DNA of 64,000 bases, taken from positions 53,692,001-53,756,000 of the forward strand of contig CM060733.1 of NCBI GenBank assembly GCA_030704615.1, in the 5' to 3' direction. Below are positions 10,130-21,890 of this stretch, piece by piece (position 1 is the stretch's first letter; every line of letters starts with the position of its first letter). The translations under genes were made by a program, and so were the position numbers. Under the pieces are notes generated by a model. It saw only the letters and a program-made list of their open reading frames with translations, was not told the origin of the DNA and ran no database searches. Origin of the DNA: Takakia lepidozioides. Taxonomy: Eukaryota > Plantae > Bryophyta.

Positions 10130-11768
10130 TGGGCACTACTCTCCTACACCCTCCGAGGAACTTGCCCCACCTTCCTCCTCATCACCCTCATCCCCCCCAT
10201 CCTCCGAGCTCTGAGATGCATCAGTTCCACTATGCCTCTAAAAAATACCGTCCTCTCCTCGGGGACTGTCCACCTCACCTCCTGGGAATCTTCTGCCTCT
10301 TCTCCCCCACTTTCCTCAGCAAAATCCAAGACAAATCTACGAGCCTGACGGGCTCTAATAGCTACTGCCTCCTCCCTCATCTTCATTTTCTTGAGGCTTG
10401 CCTCGTCTAAAATCTGGTGTACATGAGTAGGTTTGGAAGACCTCCTAATGGACACCGAAGCAAGTCGGGTAGCATAAGTAGAAAGGATGTAGTCCCTTTC
10501 TGGACTCGGCATGAAATCCCCCTTGGCAAAAAAATGCACGTTCCTCCTGCCCATGAACTGCGGTGTAGACGTCCTTCCTGTAATACTTGGCATCCTACAG
10601 TAAGAACAAATCCACTTCAAGAATGTCAATACCAGCAGAAGCAGAAATGGTCTTTCAATGAAATAAGAGAGCAAATGAAGGTGCCTCACGAAATCAGGAG
10701 GCAACTTATAATGCGTCCACTCACTCGTAAACCGGGGGCTCCTCGGCCTCTATCCCAACTTGTACCTCCCCTTGCTCCTTCTCGGATTCTTCCTCATCCT
10801 CTATTAGAGGGCTGTCTGGGACTTGGACACTTTTATGGGATTTGTGGGGTACCCTTAATTTTTGCGCAGACTTACGATGGTAGACATAGACCAACAGAGG
10901 CCTTAGGGATGATAGACACAGACCTTAGGGGGTGGTACACAGGGTTGCACAGTCAGTCACAGCCTTACATAGCCCGACAGAGCCTTACACAGTCTGTCAT
11001 AGTATATCACAGCCTATCACAATTAGTCACAGTCTATCGCAGCTCGCCACAGCTTTACACAGCCAGTCACAGCCGACACAGCCAGTCACAGCTCGGCACA
11101 GTCATAGCCCGACACAGCTTGGCACAGCCCGTCACAGCATACATAGGGAACGGTTATCATTGGCAGGGAACGATATCTGCAGAGGGAAAGTGCTTACTTC
11201 TTGGGTGACAGTTAGTTAGTTAGGCGGTTAGAACAGCTTGCAGATAAATTAAGCAGAGCAGGACATGGAGGGGACTTCTTGGAGGATACGGGGAGAGATC
11301 GGGACGGGGCCTTGGGGGAGAGTGAGGACGATCAGAAGCTGAGGAATGGAGAGCGCAGTGAAGAAGGGGGACACGAACTGTTGATGCTTGATTCATACAA
11401 GCTGTAGAGTTATACTGTAGAGCAGATTAGGGACACCATGGCTACGACCTGATACATAATAAATCTTAATCCGATACTTAGTCGATACAATCACACTGTG
11501 TAGAGAGACTTGAGTGAAGTTGTGGAATGAATGGATGAGTGAATGGAACCTGATAGATTACTGAAGCAATCTGATGATTAAGTATACACAGTAAGGTAAT
11601 TTGCTAACATGAAGGCAAGAAGAAATACAAACATGAAGCACAACCATGATACACTAGGTCATGACTGAATGTTCTGAGCAGGCTGAGTGCTTAGAGACAT
11701 CCAACTCTTCTATCTTGGAGTTCCCACCTCGGATAGCGAAGGGATGGGTGAGTAAAAGCCGCCTGACA
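10130..11768 (-). mobile_element. Probable LTR-retrotransposon remnant (LTR-like start TGTCAGG at 11768, minisatellite, acidic accessory ORF fragment)
   Basis: The minus strand begins TGTCA and shares CCCACC(T)CGGATAGCG with the 8456-9259 LTR. No gag or pol motifs recognised. Confidence 0.35.
10945..11140. repeat. Degenerate minisatellite of ~9-10-bp CACAG-containing units
   Basis: Repeated CACAGCC/GTCACAG/GACACAG units. Confidence 0.8.
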
Positions 11769-12215
11769 TCCTCCGAGGATGCCTCTTACTCTTGCGGCAG
11801 ACGTTCAGCTTTTAGGTACCCAAATATACGATGATGGTGAAGAGGAAGGAGAAATATGTTTAGAACAAATAAAACCAAAATATGATATAATATAAAAATG
11901 AAGGCGAAATTTCTACAAACATTTCCAAAATCTTATGTTGCTTGCAGTCAATTAGGCTCGCCCTCAAATGCCAACTTCTTGGCAGAGCCAGTCCCAGTCC
12001 GAACTGACTTGGGAACCCGGACAACTGGTGACTTGGTAGCAGCAGCAGTAGTCGCAGGACCTTGCACAAAGTCGTTGTCGGAGTCACTCCCTTTGGGCCC
12101 ATCCTGCGCCTCTTCTCGTGCCCTGGTGGTTTTCTGTTTTTTAGGGGTTACTGCAGTCCCCTGTTTCCGTGTCCTTTTCTTCTATCCTTTATTCTTCTCA
12201 TTCAACTTCCCATCA

Positions 12216-15200
12216 ATGAAGATGAGCGAGAACCGGGTTGTTCACAACCTGTCCGACTCAGACGAGGTCATGGAAGTTCCAAGATTATCCTGGAGATCAG
12301 GCAAGTCCTCAATGGACATCAGCGGACGAGGGAGTCATATTCTCAGCACGAGGTCAGCAACTCGATCCATTCTTGAAATTCTGCGAGGGCTTCACATGGA
12401 GAGACACCGCTCGGAGCTGGCTGGGCTGGACTACAGCAAGTTTGCAATTAAATCCGTGACATGCCTTACCGCAGACGTTGACGACAATATCTTCTTTGAG
12501 TTCCCTCCTCGAACAGACTATTCGAGGGCGTCCGGAATGTTGACAGATATGGATAGGAAACATGGCGGTCATCCTTGGTGCGTCACCAAAACCACCAGCA
12601 TGAAGATGCTCGATGGTGTGCGGGCGCGCTACGGTGTTTCTCCCCAACTTGCTTCCACTTTAAATCCAGAGGTCACAGGAACGAGACGGATTGGACAGGC
12701 ACAGCTCATCAACCATTTCGAGCTCAGGAGAAGGTTCCAAACTCCACATTTAAATGTGCGCATTGCAAAGAACCACCACATTGCATGTCTGTTTGTAATG
12801 CCAAGCAATTCTATGTGTTGCACCGTTTCCCTGACCTCACACGAGCTTGCATACACGTTGGTTCCCATTGTCACAAATTGGCGAGGGGGAACTCGCGGGA
12901 GGCTGCCCACGAGGCAAAGCAGCTCATTCAGGAGGAGGTTAAGTTGAGACCTGGTGCCAAACCCAAACAGATACAGCTGCAGACCGCCCATAAGATGGCA
13001 TTGGCCAAAATTATGTCGGAAGATGGCTCCGACAGAGTTCCTCTCGATGAGAAGGAAATGGAGGCATTGCTGGAGTCAGTATCCCACGTCTGTTCACCGA
13101 ATGTCCGAAACCACATTGTCTCCTGCAAACAAAGAATTGGGCGAGGCTCGGATATGCACTCCATTCTGGAGGTGAAGCGACGATGTGGATATGACTACAT
13201 TCATGGAAGTAGATTTCCAAGACAAGGGACTGAGGCAAATCGTTGTTTCGTATTCAAAATGTCCACGTGTGGGCCTGGCAGCGGCGTGGAACTGGTCCAC
13301 CGGATGACGAGTGGGGACTTGTCAAACAGTTGGGTCATGTTCGACCATATCAAGCGAATTACAAATCACTAGTGGGTGACAATGGGTGCACATGTCTACG
13401 ACACCCACTGCAGGATGCTAATGACAATTGTTATTTGTGAGATGAAGATGCTTCTTTGGCAGGGAATAAACGAACAGATGGCCAGGGCGGGATGCCCCCG
13501 CCCAATTTCCGTGGTTTCATGGCGGACAACGCACAAGCAAATTGGGCTGCCATCCGAAGGGTGTACGGGGAAGACCCCAATGTTCTGATGGAAGACAATG
13601 AGAGATCTTGTGGGTTCCATTTTTTGCAGAGCTTGTCGCAGTACACAACTAGGCTCGTGGTGCCAGATTTCAAAGAGGAGCACCGTTCCATGTGTCTTGC
13701 GTGGAAGGGTGCTCCCACCTTGGATGATGCAGAGACACAGTTTGCATGTATACGGGCTTGGTGGACAACGTCAGGTGCTGTAAAGAAATCAGACGAGGGA
13801 GCAATGGTCAGTTGGCTAGCATGGTGGCATTATCGTTTCCTCCAGTTCGGCGACTATATGCGGGAGGTGAGTTGGACGAATTCACGTCCCATTGAATATT
13901 ATGCTAGTCATTATTTGTAACTTACTTGTAACCTCAGTATGTGCATGTGCAGGAAATGTGTCTGGACTCCAACACCGACATGCCGACAACAAACATGGCC
14001 GAATCAGTACATTCTTCCTGGCGTGCCTCCTCTGCGGCGCATCTGGTGGACATCCTCACTGCCACAACGGAGGACATTGTGAGGTCAATTATGCAGCAAT
14101 GCAGGTACAACGAGTTCTTGAAAGGGAAACAGTGGGGCTTGGGGCCGGACAGGCAGGAAATGCTGATGCGGACTGCCTCCAGATCGAAGAATCCTCGAAA
14201 GTGGGCGGCAGCCTTGCGAGAGGGCCTTCGAGACATGCCATTGCTTCGAAGAGGCCAACACTCGAAATGAGATGTTCACACCCGTCCAGTGAGACGAAGA
14301 CTTGATGAGGCACCTGGCGGAAAAGAGGATTCCTGGCGAGCTGACAAGAATATTCGCACGCTCCCTCGTGGTCCCGTGATGTTGCCCGAGGAGGTCTCGT
14401 CGAGCATTGCAAGTCCTGCACGTTCAAGATCGCCATCTCCTTTGAGCACATGGCACGTACCCGAGGAACATAACGTGCCATCTGTAGTAACGCAGTACAA
14501 CATACCCATTGTGGATACAAGAGTGTCGGAGTCACAGTGGAGAATTGCAATGACATTGCCGATATTTCAAGGGAAGTGCTGCGCCATCTGAGTGGATACA
14601 AACCACGCTGTGGTGAGATGATTCAGAGGAACCCACATGGTGCTATACTTGCACCTTGTTTCAGCGGCAGATTTTTTACTCCCACATTTTCTCACGCCAC
14701 AATGCAGACGTTTTGGTTTTGTAGGCACGACATAATGACTTATGTATTTGGCAAGCCCAAGTACGGGATTCAGGGAATGTCGGAGCCTCCGGGCGTCTGG
14801 CCGTTGCAACCTCTCTCAGAATGAGGTGGATGCTCTTTCTGCAGCGGGATTTCGAATGGTGCAACGCACAGACGTCCCGGCCCACCCATTTCCAATTCCT
14901 CAGACCCAGCCATTCCAGACTGCTTGGTCCAGTAGAGACGGATTGGACAATTCTGCACATCCCACAATGCGATTCGGAAGAGTGAACAGACGACACCATC
15001 CCAACAAGTTGAATGAGACTCGGATTGCCAATCCCCTTGGGATGGCTTGCACTATTCAGAGCTCCGTGGACGTACCCCCACCCGGCCTTGGGCGTGTTTA
15101 TCGGATGGCAACGGCCAGCTCAGCTATACGCGACGACGTATACACAATTACAATCGGAGTGGAGCCGACCTGCAATTGTACGGACTTCTCATTGATGGAA

Positions 15201-15359
15201 GCAAAGAAGGGGTCAAAGTATTATCCAATCAAGTATCTATATTACATTTACCTGAAGAGGTTGAGGATGAACTTGACTATTGATGACTTTGTTCATGCAC
15301 CAGCGTTGAGCGTGAACGAGCTGCACAAACTCCTCCGCCGGGATTCCAGAAATCATTGA
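12216..15359 (+). pseudogene. Mutator-like (MULE) transposase pseudogene with GCM-like N-terminal zinc DNA-binding domain and C-terminal SWIM finger
   Basis: GCM-like region DRKHGGHPW...CAHC...C...ACIHVGSHCH. DDE core VMFDH, FMADNAQANW, CGFH, TTNMAES. SWIM-like CNCTDF...YYPIKYLYYI. In-frame intron 13867-13952. Multiple frameshifts and stops. Confidence 0.8.
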
Positions 15360-15747
15360 TGGGGCAAAGAGAATCCACCATATGGATATTTGCAATTGCA
15401 TTTTTATACATTAGACTTTGTTTTGCAGTGTAATGAAATGCACCCCAAAAGTCCTGGAATGAGATAGACAATATTAAAATAATCTCTTTCAAACACTATG
15501 GACTTCAGGATATCCGTTGACGTCCAGTGGCAATTCAATGTCGAAACAGAATCCATAATAGGATGGCGGCAGGAAAAATTTGCATATCTTCCAGAAAACT
15601 GAGTTCCAACAATAGCAGTTGTGGGGGCCATTTCTGGAAAAATGGCGCCGAATTTCCAGTTACATGCCCAGAACTGCCCAACATCATCTGTGCAATCCCC
15701 GGCACCATGTACCAAAATTCGGCGCCACATTTCCAAATTTTGGGCTA

Positions 15748-16262
15748 ATACACCTGCCATGTCGAACTTCACCCCTTCCCCCATCATTTGCTTTCAGGTC
15801 TCCAAAGCCCCATCCGGCGCCCCTGCTCTACATACCCTGCAAGCATCGCGTTCCACGACACCACATCTCATTCAGCCATAGTGTTGAACACGCCCTTGGC
15901 ATCCTCAATGCTATCACAGTTGGCATACATGGCCACCAGAGCAGTGTTCAGGATGATATCAGGTACAATTGCAGATTTGATCATGTCACCAGGGATCTCT
16001 TTGCCTTTTTTCAGGGCTGCCAGACACTCTGTAAACGCACACAAACCTTATGTCGGCGGCCTTCACCCCTTCCCCCATCATTTGCTCATACGTTGCAGCC
16101 TCCATCCCGCACCCTTGCTGTGCAAACCCTGCAAGCATCACACTCCACGACACCACATCTCGTTCAGCCATAGTGTTGAACACTCCCTTGGCATCCTCGA
16201 TGCACCCACATTTGGCATACATGTCCACCAAGGCAAGTGTAGTGTTCAGAATGACATCTGGT
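15748..16262 (-). pseudogene. PLS-type PPR gene fragment
   Basis: ORF 15986-16276 reads ALVDMYAKCGCIEDAKGVFNTMAERDVVSWSVMLAGFAQQGCG. A second degenerate repeat lies at 15750-15990. Confidence 0.88.
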
Positions 16263-16314
16263 AATCTGACAGACATTCACCTTTTAGAATTGTTCCAGCA
16301 AATGCCCCAACCTT

Positions 16315-16560
16315 ACTGACTTAGAGGCTGTATGTCCAAAGCCATGTCCGTTTCCAGAAAATTGTCTGATGAAAATGAAGTTAGGCAAAAAACTTCCCTG
16401 GACTTGTTTCCAGTCTGTGACATGGGGGAGGACATCGTGGATGACCTCAAGGGTTTACCCACTCTCGGCACCAGACTGAAATTTAAACTAAGGGCAGGAA
16501 TCCTACCTTTGAATAGCAAACAGAAGCAGAGAGGAAAGGGAGAGTGCAATTGCACCCAAC
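16315..16560 (+). mobile_element. LINE (non-LTR) ORF2 3' fragment, same family as 26.1-27.0 kb and 63.6-64.0 kb
   Basis: 16324-16477 matches 26846-26999. Translation LGTRLKFKLRAGILPLN resembles a LINE C-terminal pre-zinc-finger region. Confidence 0.7.
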
Positions 16561-16624
16561 TCAACTTATCACACTAGTTCCTATGGTCGCATCTGCTACA
16601 CTCTATAATCTGACATGCATTCAC

Positions 16625-17225
16625 CTTTTTGCCTCGGTTGTCCCACCAGTTACTAGGGCCAGAAAAGTATTCATCCCACAGCTTCTTCTCATATCTATTA
16701 CCTGTTTTTGGATACTTTCCTGTTGTCACATTGGCAGTATCATGTCAAAGTTCCAAACAATATTCACTCAACCAGCTAACTTACAAAATTCAATATGGAA
16801 ATTTAAGGCCAACTCTGATAAGAAGAAAAAACAAGGTGAAATGTGTTGGAGAAGGTGCCTTCATTAGCAGCGCCTGATTTTATCCATTGTGCTGCTGCTG
16901 CTGCGGCTTCCAGTTGACCATCTGTTTCTTGTAGCTATCCTTCCACAGGGAATCATAGGTAATCTGGAGCTTGAAATCCGGGCCTCTTGGATGAATCTGG
17001 ACCCATAATCTATCCCTACACTCCTTCAGCTATCCATGCATGTGTACAAATCGTCAATACATCCTCAGCCTTGCTGCAACTAGCAGCTAACACTGACGCC
17101 CTAACCCTACCTACAATAACATGTCAAAATCATTCCAAACCCACCATAGATCCACCAACGAGCTTCTCCTCATCTATGTTATATATTTCTGGATATTTTC
17201 CTGCTGCTACATCGGCAGTAACTTG
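16625..17225 (-). pseudogene. Exon fragments encoding the PDF motif of organellar ssDNA-binding (OSB-family) proteins, locally duplicated
   Basis: 16741-16625 reads DTANVTTGKYPKTGNRYEKKLWDEYFSGPSNWWDNRGKK then a GT donor. 16996-16880 follows an AG acceptor and reads IHPRGPDFKLQITYDSLWKDSYKK...stop. A truncated copy of the first exon lies at ~17225-17160. Confidence 0.75.
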
Positions 17226-17463
17226 TCAAAGTCACTCCTAACCACCACAGATCCACCCAATGAGCTAACTTACAGAATTCAATATGCATCTTAGGGCCGA
17301 GTCTGATGAGAGGGTAAAACAGACAGAAATAGGTTGAAGAAGAAGGTGCCTTCACCACATTGTCGACCTTGACCTTGTGTCATGACCCATGGAGGGTTTG
17401 AATGACCATGAACCCAAACAGACCTCTTGTGTGTGTGCTGCTTGTGGCTGTAGTCAGGTAATG

Positions 17464-17742
17464 TCGGATTGGTCCATGAGAACCACCACGGTGCAGCTGA
17501 GCGAGCAGAGATTGAAACACGACCAGCTAAGACCAAGCTGACTCTCCCAAGAACCTTGTAAACATCAGCAATGACTTAAGTGTGCAACAACGATATGGCT
17601 TAGTGGGGCTTAGTGCTTGAGGGAAAAAAAAAAAACGTCGGATTGGTCCATGAGAACCACCATGGTGCAGCTGAGCGAGCAGAGATTGAAACACGACCTG
17701 CTAAGACCAAGTTGACTCTCCCAAGAACCTTGTAAACATCAG
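17464..17742. repeat. ~105-bp direct repeat pair (17464-17568 and 17637-17742) with an A-tract in the spacer
   Basis: Near-identical GTCGGATTGGTCCATGAGAACC...TGTAAACATCAG copies. Confidence 0.9.
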
Positions 17743-17858
17743 GAAGAATACCAAATCATGGTACTAACAGGAGCCAAAAGCCCACATTTGCAGGATGGAC
17801 AAACTTCTTCACATCCTACATTAAGAAAAAACCACACCTTGCGATTGCGATTGTCCAT

Positions 17859-18190
17859 TTGCATCTTGTGGTAGATCACTTGTCACGCCTACCAACAGGA
17901 GAGCCCGCCACGGGAGTAGACAACCAACTACCTGATGCGAGTCTATTTGCAGTGGAGGTGCAAGGAAGTGCAGATGATTGGTTAGATTGGCAGTGGCCAA
18001 TCAGATACTACCTTACTCATGGTCAATGCCCATCCAGTTATGGGAAGGAACAGAGGAAGAGAATAGCTATCAAGGCTTTACCCTACACTATGATAGGTGG
18101 CAGATTGTATAAGCTAGGACCTGATGGAGTTCTTAAACGATGCTTGTACCACCATGAAGTAAATAAAGTTTTGGAAGAAGTGCATAAAGG
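17859..18190 (+). mobile_element. Gypsy RNase H/integrase junction fragment
   Basis: HLVVDHLSRL...IRYYLTHG...GRLYKLGPDGVLKRCL...VLEEVHKG. Confidence 0.8.
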
Positions 18191-20099
18191 TAGACAGACT
18201 AGACATCTTATCTACCGCGGACTGTCACCTACACAAATGATGTCTTGGCCTACTCATAGTTAACCACGTATTGGTTCAGCTATGCATGGTTACCCTCCAT
18301 GAGCCCAATAGTAGACCGTCTCATTTTTAGAAAATTGTATATGTGCCACGCCACACCCAATAGGTCTACTTTCAATTTAGACATGTCAGTAGCTCTATAA
18401 ATGTAGAAGAAACCATCTCCAAATTTTTAGATCCACAGAAGTTACGATGATTTTTCCATATCTGTGAAACTCGATTCGCATTCTTTAGACAATTAAGGTT
18501 TCAACATCCAACGAAATTATAAAGCCTACTATTGAACACATTATGGATATTGACATTTTGTATAGTATTCATGGTTGTGTTTTTTAAATGGGCCGTGCAC
18601 GCACATAGCTCATCAAAAAGTTGTGCATAGAATGCGGAAAATGACATGCAGAGGGCCCCCTCCACCCCTTTTCATATACCATCTCAACGAGGAACCATCT
18701 CATGCGACATTGAACTCACCTTGCCAATGGACTTCTCAATGGAAACAAAATACTCTCTGTATGTCCATCCATGACAATTGGAAGTGGCTGTATTTACGTT
18801 GGCTTTGTGTAGAGTCTTCTCTCTACTGTCTTTTGGATTTATCATTAAGATAATATAACATATCCATTAGGTGTACAATCAACTCCGCATGTGATAGGAA
18901 CATTTAGATCTTTAGTACCAAGTTCCATGGGCACTCCCAATTGCCTCTATGTCAATCGCCCCAAGGTTTAAAGAGACGCTACTGGTTTAGATAAAATAAT
19001 CTCTAAGGGGTGCCCCCACTGAATTGCGCTTTGCTAAGGTGCACAAAAAAGACACAAGGGGTGATCGAAATTGAGTTTTTGTGGCACTTTGCTGACCAGT
19101 TTGTCTTTTCCTATAGCGAGACCCGCAACCTGTGTGTGTGTGTGTATATACATATATATATATATGATGCATCTCGAAATGAGCGTAAACTATGGTGTCT
19201 CTTGACACCGAAGGACTACTATTGCAACCTTAGAGAATGTTATTGTTTTGCTTCGGGATGAAAAGACACCACGATTTACGCTTCCTTCAGGAGCCGTTAT
19301 ATATTACATTATTATTTTGCATCCAAAGTAAGAAGAGATATTAGGAAAGGGAATGATTTTTGAGACTTTATAAAAAAATTAAATTATCACTTACTATGTC
19401 ATGGGTCCACATAACAATTGGTGCCATGATTTAAGGGGGATGAGTGGAAAGCTGTCCGTGGAAACACCCCCTCACGATTTTAAGGGGAGATTCCCTCTTG
19501 GGCTACCGCCTTTGGCTTCGTGCTCCCACATATCCAGGAAGGCCCGATATGAGGGGTCTTCTCTTGTGTATAGAAACTCATTTTTTTCCTTATCTTTCTT
19601 GATTGTCTACCATATATAACTTTAAAAGATTCATAATTGTTATAAAGATATGTTGTATAATTCTTGGCATAAAGATACACTACGAATTTTTTTGAGGTTC
19701 CTTACGCATAGGCAATGCACTGTAAGTCCATCCAGAATAATTTTAGCCACACATGATAGGGCAATCCCACTAAGTGGCTCTGAGTTACACTGGCTACAGC
19801 CGGAGTCTCTATAACGCATAAAAACAGATTTTTCCATCCAATTACCGTCCTTCTAACTGCCCCTCCATACATGAGTGACCTTCCATGCGGCTGCTGGGAA
19901 AAATGACAGTGCCCACAAAACTTGTCTTGAAGATACATGTTTTTTGCGCCTCCATGAAAGAGGCAATTCTGTGGAATCACCCCTTAGAGAATATCCTAAT
20001 TAGACCAACAGGGTTGCTTTAAACCTGAGCTGTCGCTCCGTGGGGGACAGTACCCGCAAAGAGGCTCTTATTTACACTAATACTCTCTCCCCCCCACTC

Positions 20100-20232
20100 C
20101 AGGGCCTTTTATGGGGAAAATAAACCCCCTTCCGCTGCCATGAAAGGCAAATATTCCCAGAGTCCAAGGCAGAGAGAGACAGCACACCGGGGTTTGAACC
20201 CCAGATTGCACATGCCAATGCGGTGTGTCTGA
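20100..20232 (-). mobile_element. Possible tRNA-derived SINE fragment
   Basis: Minus-strand B-box GGGGTTCAAACCCC (20189-20202). Downstream similarity to the other SINE bodies is weak. Confidence 0.35.
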
Positions 20233-21890
20233 ATGGCTCAGATCCGTCGACGAAGATATGAACGCTGGCTCTACACCCCCTTTTAATTTCTCAGAAAGGA
20301 AAAGTTGAATTTATCAAACGATATTTAGTCTACCTCAGTCTAGAATTAGACTAGAATTAGCGGTACATCCAAGGAAATGAATAAATTCATCCATCCATCC
20401 ATCCACTTTACCTTTTTATTTATTTATTTCACTGTAGACTGCCATACCACTTGGCCTGTGTACGACAGCGGCCACGTGGCGAAAACATCCATTCGGTTGA
20501 ATGAGCTGGATATCGTCCAGTTATCGTCCAGACGTATCGTCCCATCCACCAACGATTCCACGAAGATGCGCATTTTGACGGACGAATGGTTGGTCGACCG
20601 TCAGCGCGGAACTCGCAAGAGCAGCCTTTTGAGGGTGACTGAGAGGCGGTGTGTGTGTCTGGGCCGCGTTTGCGGGAGGAGCAGTGCTGCACAGGATATA
20701 CACTGGTGGTGGGGAGGAGGAGTAGGCTTGGTGGTCGCCTGGATCCGTTGCAGGTTGAGGCTGCAAAATTTTCACCTTTGTGGTTGCTGGTGCTGTTGTG
20801 AAGGGAGTGAAGTTGGAGTGATAGGGAGAGGATGAGAGGGAGGGGAATGTGTGTGTTTTCGGGTGTGTCTGTGGTGGGCATCATGAGCTTTTAGGATTTT
20901 ATTCGGTGATTGCTGAATAGTGTGGAGAGTGAGGCGTAAAGCTGCACAGATGAAAGAAAGGAAAAAAAGAAAGAAAGTTTCTAGCATCCACAGTGGGCCC
21001 CGAGGGAGGGCCCATGAGACAAAGTAGAACATTAACAAACTAGTTCAGCAAACATGAATTTTTGAAGGAAAGGTGGTGGGCAGTCGCCGACGGTCGCTAT
21101 CGTTACTTTTTTTGTTGTGGAGGGGGGAGATTGTTCTTTTTAGTCGTGAGTCTGGGCTATGGATGTTTGGGGTACCCCAGATAACCGTTCATTAATTTCG
21201 CGTTGATTAGACTTCCTTGTGGATCACTACGACAGACTCACTCTCTCTCTGGATCCAGCAAGCCTGAGCTGTAGGGATAAGCGTGAATCGAAAAGCATGA
21301 TGTCGTATTAGCGTCTAGAACAGACTTTGTCTTGGTTGGGGTGGAAGGCTTTTCGGTTGACAAGTGGCGATAGTTGTCGCTAAGAGATTTTGGGTCCTTC
21401 ACACGTCTTTTTCCATTCTGTTCGCTCTTATGGATTTCCATTATACGCTAACTTGAACTTAGTGATGTTCAACTCGGTTGATTGGCGCAAAAGGTCACAG
21501 AACCCAACTACAACGTGCGTTCACCCATTACAGGCTCTCTCTCTCTGGGCAACACTGGCAGAAGCATTTAGTTTTCAAGGCGAGCAATGCTTGGCAGCCT
21601 ACCTTCAAATGGTGCTCCATCTTCCTTTCTGTCTGTCTCTCCTCTCTTCCCCTATCTCTGAAAGTTTTAAACTGTTTGTGTCTTCTGTGGCAGGTGCTGA
21701 CATAGCAGGCAGGGAAGGTGCCATGCAACTCAAGAGAAGTGGCATTAGAATGTGGGGCCTTATTAGTGGACCGTCCTTAATTACAGATAGTAACATATTG
21801 CATTAAGTGGTAGATGTTATAGCCTTAGATACACATACACAGATCCCTAGAAGATTGGACTCCATCGAACAGGGGTAACTGTGCAGAGAT

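Noticed and set aside
10417-11208. 263-aa plus-strand ORF as a gene
   Set aside because: It runs through a minisatellite, has no recognisable domain, and lies in retroelement-like sequence.
16360-16400. Hammerhead ribozyme core (CTGATGA) in the LINE fragment
   Set aside because: No properly placed GAAA or flanking stems, and the motif is not conserved in the 26.87-kb copy.
20424-20573. Ubiquitin-like ORF on the minus strand (MRIFVESLVDGTIRLD...)
   Set aside because: Similarity covers only ~16 residues, with no rest of the fold or C-terminal GG; may be chance or tiny debris.
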